A program made the position numbers and the translations under genes. Source: Thermoplasmatales archaeon (GTDB lineage Archaea; Thermoplasmatota; Thermoplasmata; Thermoplasmatales; Thermoplasmataceae). Taken from it: DNA of 64,000 nt. The stretch covers positions 192,001 to 256,000 of the forward strand of contig DAIDBH010000014.1 of assembly GCA_027310185.1 (NCBI GenBank). The letters run 5' to 3'. This document shows, piece by piece, positions 39,397 through 48,999 of this stretch (positions within the stretch are counted from its first letter, which is position 1; the number at the start of each line of letters is the position of its first letter). The notes below the pieces were generated by a model. That model did not search any database. It had not been told where the DNA came from and saw only the letters and a list, made by a program, of their open reading frames with translations.

Positions 39397-41549
39397 ACCC
39401 TGTCGATGTATCCTGGTCCTGGGCTGTACAGGTAGCCAGTGCCCTTTGCCCTCTCAAGAGATTTTGCAAATTTCTCCCTTGGGATTCCACGTTCTAAAGC
39501 TGATTTCAGCACATCCAGTTCCTTTACAAGGCTGCCATCAGATCCCTTTAGGTCTGCTATTATCTCATAAATTATCTCAAGGTCCGATCTCTGCCTGGCA
39601 CTGGTTCCTGTCATCAATAGATCTATGTCAACACCTTCGTCATCGCTTGCCACATCTTTGAGGTAAGAATCCACTATTCTCTTTGCAAGCATTGCATCAT
39701 CAATCGAGACAAATTCTGATAACCTTGCCTTGGCAGCTGCCTCTGCAAGCCTTATGGTTGACTCCAGCTGCCTTGCAGTTATGGGCACTGATTTGTATTT
39801 CCCGATCTGGTGGCCGGTATTCCTTGTGAGGACATACTCCTGACTGAGATATTCCATTGCCTCGTCTGTCAACCTTGGAACAATGTGCCCCTTTGCGTAA
39901 GCTACATACTTCCTCAACATCTCCCTTGGAATTGGTGGCTCATATTTTCTCTCGTTGTCTCCGATGCTTCCATCTTCAACATTATTCATTTCCATGCTCT
40001 TGAAGATTTCTCCGAGCCTGTGAACTTCAAGTACGTGATCTGCAAGGTTCTTGTCCCTTTCCTGGTCAGGATTGTCTATAAGCTTGAAAATGACGTCGAA
40101 TCTTGAAATGAGAGGCAGTGGGAAATCTAGCTGCTTCATGAAATCCTCCTCCGCATCAAACCTTCCATTCTTCGGGTTTGCCGCGGCAAGGACAGAGCAC
40201 CGTGATTTCAGTGTTGCCATGATTCCCGCCTTTGATATTGTTACAGTCTGCTGTTCCATGGCCTCATGCATGGCTGATGTATCCCTTTCATCCATCTTAT
40301 CAAGCTCATCTATGGATACAAACCCATTATCAGCTAGAACAAGTGCTCCCGCCTCCAGTGTCCATCTACCCTCCCCGAATTCATCTCTCACTGCAGCAGC
40401 AGTCAAACCTGCAGCACTCGAACCTTTTCCAATTGCCATCACGCCTCTTGGTGAGATCTCCGACATGTACCTTAGCAGCTGTGACTTTGCCGTTCCCGGA
40501 TCACCAACCATGAGTATGTGTATATCCCCCCTTATTATTGTCCCATCCTTCATGAATTTCCTGACGCCTCCAAACATCTGCAGAACAAGTGTTTTCTTGA
40601 TGTTATCGAGGCCGTAGATTGTTGGTGCTATGGAATCTGCCAGCTTGTCTATGATCTTTGGATCTCTGGAAAGTTCCCTTATGCTTTCTTCTTCCGCATC
40701 ACTGATCTTAATTTCATCCAGTTCCTTAGTGGTTTTCCTGAAATTTATTGCATACAGAAATATATTAAATTCTGTCAGCAGGTTTCCCGAATAGATCTTC
40801 TGCTCTGCCCTCAGGATTCCATCCATTGTTACCCTGTCTCCAGGGAATAGCTTTCCGGAAAGATCGTCTTCAACTATAACGGTGAGCCTCAGGGGTTGTG
40901 CACCTCCATTTATGGTTTCCGGATTCTCCTGAAGTTCTATCTTTTCTGTATCAATGAACTGTGAATCTTCTATAATTAGTGAAAACCTTGCCTTGGGCTT
41001 CTCACCGTGGCACTCCTCATTGGAACATCTTTCAGGTTCCTCAAGCTTTCCCCTGTTCTGCAGTACAAATGTTCTTGAGCCACACAGTGAGCATTGAAAT
41101 GCTGCATTGTACAGTCTCGGAATCACTTCTGTATTTTTCCTGATGATACCGGTGATACTGAGAAGTTTTCCAACATTCATGCTTCTAATATTCCTTATAT
41201 CGATCCCGAGATGCTCAGGCAGATTGAATAGCCTTATGTTTATGATTATGGAATTTGAGTCCTTAATAAGGTAGTTCCAGCCTGAGTTGGAAATAAATTT
41301 CCTGACCCTAGATATGGCAAGCTCTATTGCCTCCTCAGAATTCTGAAGAACATAGGTGGCGAAATCAACATCAAATTCATCTATATCCTCATAGGATATG
41401 AAAAGACTGCGCTGCTCTGGATAATGCGAGCTCAATTCGGTTATCTTGTCATAATAATGATACTCCTGAAAAAAGGCGTCCCATAGGCTTTCTTTCTGAT
41501 CCCTATCTAGCCTTATCTTTTCTGTTGACTGGACATGATCGTTGAACAT
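39393..41549 (-). CDS. mcm: MCM replicative helicase
   Basis: Zn finger CSLC..C...C, GDPGTAKSQ, IDELDKM, SRFD, TARQLE; no intein. Confidence 0.97.
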   Translation of the reverse strand: MFNDHVQSTEKIRLDRDQKESLWDAFFQEYHYYDKITELSSHYPEQRSLFISYEDIDEFDVDFATYVLQNSEEAIELAISRVRKFISNSGWNYLIKDSNSIIINIRLFNLPEHLGIDIRNIRSMNVGKLLSITGIIRKNTEVIPRLYNAAFQCSLCGSRTFVLQNRGKLEEPERCSNEECHGEKPKARFSLIIEDSQFIDTEKIELQENPETINGGAQPLRLTVIVEDDLSGKLFPGDRVTMDGILRAEQKIYSGNLLTEFNIFLYAINFRKTTKELDEIKISDAEEESIRELSRDPKIIDKLADSIAPTIYGLDNIKKTLVLQMFGGVRKFMKDGTIIRGDIHILMVGDPGTAKSQLLRYMSEISPRGVMAIGKGSSAAGLTAAAVRDEFGEGRWTLEAGALVLADNGFVSIDELDKMDERDTSAMHEAMEQQTVTISKAGIMATLKSRCSVLAAANPKNGRFDAEEDFMKQLDFPLPLISRFDVIFKLIDNPDQERDKNLADHVLEVHRLGEIFKSMEMNNVEDGSIGDNERKYEPPIPREMLRKYVAYAKGHIVPRLTDEAMEYLSQEYVLTRNTGHQIGKYKSVPITARQLESTIRLAEAAAKARLSEFVSIDDAMLAKRIVDSYLKDVASDDEGVDIDLLMTGTSARQRSDLEIIYEIIADLKGSDGSLVKELDVLKSALERGIPREKFAKSLERAKGTGYLYSPGPGYIDRV

Positions 41550-41671
41550 AATTTACCATATGTCAGTATGTATTAATGAATTTTGTTTTGATTTTTCTAA
41601 TAAATATAGTCAGACATTAACATGATTTACCTTTTGCGCCTGATAGTATTGATCCTACTCAGTAAGGCAAT

Positions 41672-41959
41672 TCACGATATTTCCTTAAGCTTCTTCTCTG
41701 CTGTGTTCTCGCTATCCAGTCTGTGGTCTATCTTTATGATTGTTTCAACCCTCTTTATGCCCATTGATATTATTTTTTCCTCTCCCTTCTTTATGGCACC
41801 GAATAGTTCGTCCAGGGTATTTCCCTCTATGACACTTGACATGCTCCCAGGAATGACCTTCAGACCGGTTTCTTTAAGGGTGTTTACAGCTGCCTTTACA
41901 TACTTTGCTGCAGAGGTTCCTTCCCCAATGGGATAATAAGTTACTTCCAATAGAATCAT
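41672..41959 (-). CDS. MTH1187/YqgV thiamine-binding family protein
   Basis: YPIG..TS..KYV, MSSVIEG, RVETIIKIDHR. Confidence 0.88.
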   Translation of the reverse strand: MILLEVTYYPIGEGTSAAKYVKAAVNTLKETGLKVIPGSMSSVIEGNTLDELFGAIKKGEEKIISMGIKRVETIIKIDHRLDSENTAEKKLKEIS

Positions 41960-41998
41960 GAAACAAAATGTCCGATTAAGACTTAAGGTTTTTCAGAC

Positions 41999-42955
41999 TT
42001 ATCTGTAATCCTCTCTTCTTACAATATTGCGGGGTTTTCCAGTCTTCATCCATAATTCTACGTTCTTCACTGCACTCAGGAATGCGTTGATGTCAATCTC
42101 TGGTATTATTCCGGAATTGTGAGGTGAACCTATGACGTTTGGCAGGTCAAGGAATGGATATTTCATTTCATATTTTCCTGTTGTTATGGGCTCTTCCCAC
42201 CACACGTCAATACCAGCCCTGAATTCTGGATTTTCCCTGAGATGATTATACAGGTTCTCTTCATTGACTATGGCGGCCCTTGCAACATTTACAAGGATTG
42301 CGTTTGCCTTCATTTTTTTGAGCTCCCTGGTGGTTATTAGGTTTCTAGTATACCTGTTTAGTGGAAGGCTTATAAATATAAAGTCTGAACTTTCCAAAAC
42401 CTGATCAAGTGAATCCATAGTGCCTGAAAAATGAACCTTTTCATCCACTGGTTTTCTTGAAATCACCTGCAGTTCCATTCCAATTCCCCTGCACAGCCTT
42501 CCGATTTCTCTTCCTATGCCACCATATCCAAGTATTCCTGCCATTTTTCCTTCCAGTTTCACGCTGGGTGATCTCTGATCAAATATGCCATTCTTCATCT
42601 TCATGTGATTTGACAGAAGGTTCTTCGATAATGCCATGGCCATGGAGACTGCGTGCTCCGCAACTGGCAATGCGAAAGCACCTGCATTGCTGCATACTGT
42701 TATATTATCTGGAATCTGGTTGAAATCAAGCAGATCGACACCTGCGGAAAGTGTCTGTATTAGTTTGAGTTTCGGGAGTTTTGAAATGTATGAGTTCATT
42801 GTTTTCAGTTTTGGGATAAAGGAAAGGATGGCTTCAACATCTTTCCAGTCATCATTGTCTTCCTCAAAGATTGCCTGCATTCCGATTGATTCTGCCATTG
42901 TTTTTGCAATGTCCTTCATGTCATCCGGGACCTTTGCCAGTACCAGTAATTTCAT
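41999..42955 (-). CDS. D-isomer-specific 2-hydroxyacid dehydrogenase
   Basis: AGVD, VAEHA, GYGGIG, NVARA, DVWWEEP, SPHNSG. Confidence 0.92.
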   Translation of the reverse strand: MKLLVLAKVPDDMKDIAKTMAESIGMQAIFEEDNDDWKDVEAILSFIPKLKTMNSYISKLPKLKLIQTLSAGVDLLDFNQIPDNITVCSNAGAFALPVAEHAVSMAMALSKNLLSNHMKMKNGIFDQRSPSVKLEGKMAGILGYGGIGREIGRLCRGIGMELQVISRKPVDEKVHFSGTMDSLDQVLESSDFIFISLPLNRYTRNLITTRELKKMKANAILVNVARAAIVNEENLYNHLRENPEFRAGIDVWWEEPITTGKYEMKYPFLDLPNVIGSPHNSGIIPEIDINAFLSAVKNVELWMKTGKPRNIVRREDYR

Positions 42956-43210
42956 AATTAGTAATGAGCGTATAGAATATTTAACTTACTGAGAGAGATT
43001 GGTTAAAATGGTTTCTAGATTAAATATCCAGAGACATAGATCATCGAATCATGTTAAATGAAAGACCCCCTTTTGTTATCGGGTATGGTTATTTCAGTTT
43101 CCATATACGTTCTTCTCCAAAAGAAGTACAGACTGCCAATCTAAATATAACACTAAGTAATATGGTATAAAAAGACAGAAAAATATCTGTATTAAAAGAA
43201 GAGTGCACAA

Positions 43211-44482
43211 ATGAATACGTTTGAAGAGTTAGAATTGAAAAAACCTTTGCTTGAATCATTAAGGAAGATAAATTTTATTGAACCCACAGAAATTCAGGCA
43301 ATGACAATACCGGTTGCCCTGAACGACAAATCCATCATGGTAAAATCCAAAACTGGAAGCGGAAAAACAGCGGCTTATCTAATACCATTGATACAGCTCA
43401 CTGAACCAAAGGGAAAACTGATGAACCTTGTACTGGTTCCAACAAGAGAACTTGCAATCCAGGTTTTTGGAGTGTTTAAATCTCTGGGAGCAGGATGCAA
43501 ATTGAAGGGAGCCTTAGTTTATGGTGGAGCATCCATATCAAGACAGGCAGAAGAGATAAGGAACAGGCCTGAATTTATAATCGGTACCCCAGGAAGAATC
43601 AAGGATATGAGGGACAGAGGATATCTGAACCTGTCCAGCGTCGAAAGAGTTGTCCTTGATGAGGCTGATCTCATGCTGGATATGGGGTTCTATGATGATG
43701 TTGAAGATATAATAAGTTCAACGAAGAAAGACAGGAGAATGTTTCTCTTTTCAGCAACAATGACTGGTGATGTCAAAGGTCTTGCATCAAAATTCATGAA
43801 GGAATCAGAATACATAAATGGTGAAGATGAGGATATGACACCATCCACAATAAAACACGATTACATTATTTCTGAAAGTCATGATAAGCTGGATTTTCTT
43901 GTAAGATACATCCAGGATTACAATCCTGAGAAGGCAATTATTTTTTCCAATACAAAACATGGAGCATCATTCCTCAGCGACAAGCTAAGGAGAGAAGGCT
44001 TCAAGGCAGTCCAGATTCATGGAGACCTTTCCCAGAAACAGAGGGAGGATTCCATATCAAAGTTCAGGAGGAGGGAAAGATTTCTTGTGGCAACGGATGT
44101 TGCAGCCAGAGGGGTGGATATTCCGGAAATAACACATATCATAAATTATGATCTGCCAAGGGAGGACAAGATATATATCCACAGGGTTGGAAGAACTGCA
44201 AGATTTGGCAAGGACGGTACTGCAATGAGTATAATACTGCCAGATGAGATGTATCTAATAAACAGGATAAAAAGAACTGCAGGTGTTGAGATCTCGAAAC
44301 TGCCTATGGAAGGACAGGCAGAGGAGGCAAGGCCAAGGAGAGAGCAGAGGAGGAGGCCATCCTATGGGTACGGTGCTCAGAATAATAGGAATAGCGGCAG
44401 GAGATATGATTCCAGAAGCAACAAACGACAGGAAACAAGAAGCGGAGGAAATGCATCAAAAAGAAGACCCAGAAGAGACTGA
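43211..44482 (+). CDS. DEAD-box RNA helicase
   Basis: Q motif, TGSGKT, PTRELA, DEAD, SAT, HRVGRTAR, Arg-rich tail. Confidence 0.96.
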   Translation: MNTFEELELKKPLLESLRKINFIEPTEIQAMTIPVALNDKSIMVKSKTGSGKTAAYLIPLIQLTEPKGKLMNLVLVPTRELAIQVFGVFKSLGAGCKLKGALVYGGASISRQAEEIRNRPEFIIGTPGRIKDMRDRGYLNLSSVERVVLDEADLMLDMGFYDDVEDIISSTKKDRRMFLFSATMTGDVKGLASKFMKESEYINGEDEDMTPSTIKHDYIISESHDKLDFLVRYIQDYNPEKAIIFSNTKHGASFLSDKLRREGFKAVQIHGDLSQKQREDSISKFRRRERFLVATDVAARGVDIPEITHIINYDLPREDKIYIHRVGRTARFGKDGTAMSIILPDEMYLINRIKRTAGVEISKLPMEGQAEEARPRREQRRRPSYGYGAQNNRNSGRRYDSRSNKRQETRSGGNASKRRPRRD

Positions 44483-44784
44483 AGTAACCATACAGGACCT
44501 GGCTTGATAAAGGTAACGACTGGCATACCCCAGGTTCCTAGCATATGGAAGGTAATAGGGCGATGGAATTCTCAATTAGAGACCTGCGAGTTACCCATTC
44601 ATGAATCGGACTCTCTGATCGCCCGAGATGAGAGTGTGAGGGATTGTAGTGATCTTCCAATTCTCTCATTTTCCTTGAACTAAGAATGTGAGAAAAATTT
44701 AAGATAAAAATATCTTTTATGTTAAACCGGTTAATCAAATAGTGAAAATTTAAATAATTTTCAGCATTATAAAAGTGATAGGGT

Positions 44785-46752
44785 ATGAATATTGTTTTCT
44801 CTAGGAAAACTATCGCAGTTATTACTGCTGTAATTATGGTTTCAGCAGGAGTAGTTGTCCTTGCTGAAAATTACCGTAATGGAAATGGGCCAGATAATGA
44901 TCTTAAGGGAAGAACTGTTTTCATAGGACCATATATAACATTATCCAGCAATGGGAAAACCCTATCAGTTGAAAATAATACTACAATTCAACTTGAGATA
45001 TATGCGCCTGTACCCAATGATTACAAAATGAATAGTGTACAGTATTGTAATTTCAAAATGAACTCTTCAAATCTAACAAACAATAGTTTAAGCGATATGG
45101 TGTTGAACCTCACCCTACTTCCTTTTACTCATAACAGCAGTAGATATTTCATGAACGGGAACCTTGTTAACATAATTTCCGGATGGTCATCCGCTATGGA
45201 CCAATACACGGGAAAAAACAATATTTCATTAACAGTGATGGCCTTGAAAACTGTTGATGAGGATGGCAACATATCAATATACCAGTATTATAATAATCTG
45301 CCATTTAATCCTTTATCCATACATCCATTACTGACAAATGTAGGTTCATTATCTAATGGTACTGAAACCAGCGGTTTAACCGCCAGGAATACTGTTAATA
45401 GTCTTATAATGGAAAGTAACACAAACCTGACAGGTTACAGGAATGTATGTATTGATCCAGTGGGTTTCAATCTCAGTTTGTCCTTCCCAAAAAAGCCATT
45501 CCAGACAATCAAAAATACAGACATGAATGACAGTTCAACAAATAAAGTACCTTTGATTGAAAGAATTAATATGAAAAAAAGGAAAGGTGATGATGTTGAC
45601 TCAATAAAGGGAGCGGGTTGTTCAGAACCTTTGAAAACGGGATATTCAGATCTGTATTATACATCAACATCAGACTCGCTGCAGAAGGCAACCAGGGCCC
45701 AAGGTGTGCTTCCTCTTTCTGTTGTTCATATGGGCCGGAATGCAGATATGGGGGATTCATTAGTCGTTTCTGGCTCTGAGTTCACAATGATTAATGATGA
45801 CCTGAAAATAAACTCTAATCAAGTTTATGAGAGTTCCTCAGGAGAGGTTACAACTACCATGTCAGGTTCCGCTTCTTATGAGCATATGGCAAACCTGAGT
45901 TCAGTTACTCTACTTAACTCACAGAATGCCTACCCAACACATATCTCAGAGAAACTTGGGGATTCCAATAACATGGCATTGGATAATACTACAGTTATGC
46001 TGGGAATCTCTGGAGTAACGTTCTGCTATGCACACTATGGTAGATATACATATCACCATGAGGAGGAACTTGAATATGAGTACTGCCCTGATACAGGAGT
46101 AATAGTTAACGAGAAAGTGGTCTGGAATCATGTCCTTTCAACTATTGAAGATGGAGATTATTCAATAGGAAGAGTTGTAAATATTAACACGGCAAACAGT
46201 CTTGAATTAACTGCAGAACATCTGCCCATACAAGATAGCTGGGTAATGGAACATTATCTCACATATAAACGATCAGGATCATTATCCCTTAATACCTCAG
46301 GAGAAGGCAACGAATATTCAAGTACGACAATTTTCAGCAGTTCACAGAGCTGGTTAAATACTTCCAGTGTGTTTGAGAAAATAGGAAATGCGCTCAGTAT
46401 ATTCTCTTCTGCTCTTGGGATTGAGCTGACCATCATGTCAGTAGCTGCGGCCTTGAATGGTGGGGATGGTGATCTTACCGAAGGAGCCGTCATACTTGAT
46501 GCTGCATCCATAATAAACAGTTATGTGGGAATGTCAGCAACGCTTATGGGCATGTATTCAACAATTGCCTCTATTTCTGGGTCGGGATATGCGAGTGTTG
46601 GCATATCGATTACAAATAGTCCCATTGATGGTGGTTCAGGTTATAATGTTGATTATTACGAATCAACCAATCCCATTTCTTATACACTCGGTGGAAATTC
46701 CTATAGTTTCTACGCACCAGAAGATTTTTACAATGTTACTTCTATTATCTAA
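44785..46752 (+). CDS. Secreted/surface protein of unknown function (655 aa)
   Basis: N-terminal signal/TM (RKTIAVITAVIMVSAGVVVLA), N/S/T-rich, Ala/Gly/Ser-rich hydrophobic hairpin near the C-terminus. Confidence 0.75.
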   Translation: MNIVFSRKTIAVITAVIMVSAGVVVLAENYRNGNGPDNDLKGRTVFIGPYITLSSNGKTLSVENNTTIQLEIYAPVPNDYKMNSVQYCNFKMNSSNLTNNSLSDMVLNLTLLPFTHNSSRYFMNGNLVNIISGWSSAMDQYTGKNNISLTVMALKTVDEDGNISIYQYYNNLPFNPLSIHPLLTNVGSLSNGTETSGLTARNTVNSLIMESNTNLTGYRNVCIDPVGFNLSLSFPKKPFQTIKNTDMNDSSTNKVPLIERINMKKRKGDDVDSIKGAGCSEPLKTGYSDLYYTSTSDSLQKATRAQGVLPLSVVHMGRNADMGDSLVVSGSEFTMINDDLKINSNQVYESSSGEVTTTMSGSASYEHMANLSSVTLLNSQNAYPTHISEKLGDSNNMALDNTTVMLGISGVTFCYAHYGRYTYHHEEELEYEYCPDTGVIVNEKVVWNHVLSTIEDGDYSIGRVVNINTANSLELTAEHLPIQDSWVMEHYLTYKRSGSLSLNTSGEGNEYSSTTIFSSSQSWLNTSSVFEKIGNALSIFSSALGIELTIMSVAAALNGGDGDLTEGAVILDAASIINSYVGMSATLMGMYSTIASISGSGYASVGISITNSPIDGGSGYNVDYYESTNPISYTLGGNSYSFYAPEDFYNVTSII

Positions 46753-46827
46753 CCTTCAGGAATTGGACTGGTTGAATTAAAACACATTATTTCGCCTTTG
46801 AGGAGGAATTTTCATTGATTCAGATAT

Positions 46828-47400
46828 TCAGTCATAAATCCCGGATGGTGGTATCAGCTGGTAATGCCCTGTGATCCTCTTAATTTCTCTTTCTGCTTCC
46901 ACTATTTTAGATACGATGAAGATTAGGCCCATCAGTGCCAAAAGCAATTCAAGTCCCAGGAAAAATCTACCGGGAGGTATCTTTGAAGTAAGGAGGATTA
47001 GAGTGAACATACCTGTCATTATAACTGTCATTGATACTATTTTTCCTCTCTCAAAACCAAAAAGACTCCTTTTATTAAAAAATGAAAGTAAGACATCGTG
47101 AGGTTTATCTTCTATTATTCTGTCTCCTTCCCTTGGTGGGAATAGGGAGTAATGGCCGGTAATCTTCTTGAAAGCTTTCTCATTTTTTGATATCTGTCTC
47201 AACACATATAGAAACAGGATGTAATAAAAAATTAGAACAGCATAGAAAAGCGTGTACTCGTGCGCAATCAGTATGGAGATGAAGAGAAGAATGGCATCCA
47301 CAAAGATAGGTATGCTAATGATTATACTCCTATTTCTAAAACCGAACAGAGACCTTCTGTAGAGAAAATCAAGTTCATTTAATTCCCTTCTAACTGTCAA
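46828..47400 (-). CDS. Small membrane protein with internal duplication
   Basis: Two ~96-aa units, each R-S-L-F-G-F + 2 TMs + K-x-I-T-G-H-Y-x-L-x-P-P; TTG start. Confidence 0.75.
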   Translation of the reverse strand: MTVRRELNELDFLYRRSLFGFRNRSIIISIPIFVDAILLFISILIAHEYTLFYAVLIFYYILFLYVLRQISKNEKAFKKITGHYSLFPPREGDRIIEDKPHDVLLSFFNKRSLFGFERGKIVSMTVIMTGMFTLILLTSKIPPGRFFLGLELLLALMGLIFIVSKIVEAEREIKRITGHYQLIPPSGIYD

Positions 47401-47673
47401 TGTTGATCAATCCACGTTATATACCTTAAGTTAAATAAATAGCTTATTTAAAGATTTTCCTGACGCGCTAAAATTTCAATCTGTATTTAAATGAGGGAGC
47501 TGGAGCGATTAAGGACTATAAAATGAGTCGGTATCAATGAAATTGAAATCGTTTTAAAGTTTTATTTATTTTTCTGGGCAGATCATATGGGTAATTATTA
47601 CCGATTATCAGCGACTGATTGCAGTACATATAATGATAGCAATATTTTATCTAATCTCAGGCAATTTACATTT

Positions 47674-48999
47674 ATGGATAGGATTGTTTCAGAAATATGG
47701 AATATGTCTCAGGGAAAAACAGCTCTTTCAGGTTCTTCAGAAATGGAAGAACTGAAGAAGCGGGTTGCAGATATTGCCTTCACTTCTTATGGTGCCCTTA
47801 ATGCCGAACCTGTGAAGATAATGAAGAAGAGTCTTCTTCCGTCTTCAGGGAAGAAGAATGCTACCATTTTCTTCACTGGTGATAAAGCTTCGGTAGATAT
47901 TGCTACAATGATAAATGGTACCACCACCAGATATCTTGATTTTAACGATACATACCTTTCAAAGGAGGCTTTGCACCCATCTGATAACATACCACCGCTC
48001 ATTGCAATGGCTGAAAGCGAGGAATTGAATGGAAAGAGCGTACTGGATGCTGCAAGGGTTTCCTATGAAACTGTATGTGCTTTATCTGACGCTGTTTCAA
48101 TCAGGGACAGGGGCTGGGATCATGTAACATATATAAGCATCTCATCAGGAGCAGGACTTGCAAAGCTTCTTGAATTAAATGAAGAAAAATTTGCCCATGC
48201 CATCAATCTTGCCCTGAACAACAATATAAGCATGAGGCAGACAAGAGCAGGTGAACTCAGCATGTGGAAAGGAGCAACTGCAGCTAACGCTTGCAGAAAC
48301 AGTGTCTTCGCAGCGAATCTAGCTGAGGAGGGGTTCACAGGGCCAGCACCCATATTTGAAGGTGAGATGGGATTTATAAAACAGGTTTCTGGGAGCCTGA
48401 ACCTGGACTTTTCAAGAAGCAGGATCCTTAAGACAATGATAAAGAATTATCCTGTTGAATATCATGCCATGAGTGCGGCAGAAGTGGCATCAAATTTAAG
48501 GAAGAATATGAAGGGCAAGATAAAGAGGGTTGAGGTTGAAACATTTACAGTTGCCCATACCATTATAATCAAGGATCCAGAGAAATTGAGGCCAAAAACA
48601 AGGGAAACTGCAGATCACAGCATGCCATATATAATAGCACTGACACTGGTAAAGGGCGATCCCACGCCTCACTCCTATGAAAAGGATTTGCTGAATGACA
48701 GGGAAATTCTTTCTGTTATAGATAAGATGAAGTTCAAGATCACGGAAAAATTTGACAGGATGTATCCTGAGTTCCTGCCTGTCAAGATCAGGGTTGAGAC
48801 TGATGAAGGCATATTTGAGGAGGAGATGGATGCACCAAAGGGTCACAACAAGAAACCATATACGTGGGATGACCTGAAACAGAAGGGTACCAGGGTGATG
48901 AGTGAGGATAGTTCATCCTCAGTAATTGAGTTTGCGAGGTCGTTTGAAAAGAGGAGCATGAGGGAATTCATGGAGGTCCTGAGAAATGTCAAGGCTTAG
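47674..48999 (+). CDS. prpD: 2-methylcitrate dehydratase (MmgE/PrpD family)
   Basis: RYLDFNDT, HPSDN, GWDHVT, LSMWKG, ETADHS; ORF track starts at 47587. Confidence 0.9.
   Translation: MDRIVSEIWNMSQGKTALSGSSEMEELKKRVADIAFTSYGALNAEPVKIMKKSLLPSSGKKNATIFFTGDKASVDIATMINGTTTRYLDFNDTYLSKEALHPSDNIPPLIAMAESEELNGKSVLDAARVSYETVCALSDAVSIRDRGWDHVTYISISSGAGLAKLLELNEEKFAHAINLALNNNISMRQTRAGELSMWKGATAANACRNSVFAANLAEEGFTGPAPIFEGEMGFIKQVSGSLNLDFSRSRILKTMIKNYPVEYHAMSAAEVASNLRKNMKGKIKRVEVETFTVAHTIIIKDPEKLRPKTRETADHSMPYIIALTLVKGDPTPHSYEKDLLNDREILSVIDKMKFKITEKFDRMYPEFLPVKIRVETDEGIFEEEMDAPKGHNKKPYTWDDLKQKGTRVMSEDSSSSVIEFARSFEKRSMREFMEVLRNVKA

Noticed and set aside
40051-40617. 188-aa antisense ORF within mcm, and many similar shadow ORFs across the window
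   Set aside because: Lie opposite well-supported genes; typical reverse-frame artefacts
39393-41549. Possible intein in MCM
   Set aside because: Length and motif spacing are normal; no intein splice or LAGLIDADG motifs
15155-43014. Identical 15-mer TGGTTAAAATGGTTT at 15155 and 43000, each upstream of a minus-strand redox gene
   Set aside because: Only two copies of an AT-rich word, at different distances from the starts; compatible with chance
44558-44620. GGCGATGGAATTC resembles the start of a fluoride riboswitch
   Set aside because: Lacks the immediate TCGCC pairing and the downstream conserved segment; no fluoride-related gene follows
47535-47551. ATTGAAAT resembling a CRISPR repeat 3' end
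   Set aside because: Single occurrence; no repeat-spacer periodicity and no cas genes
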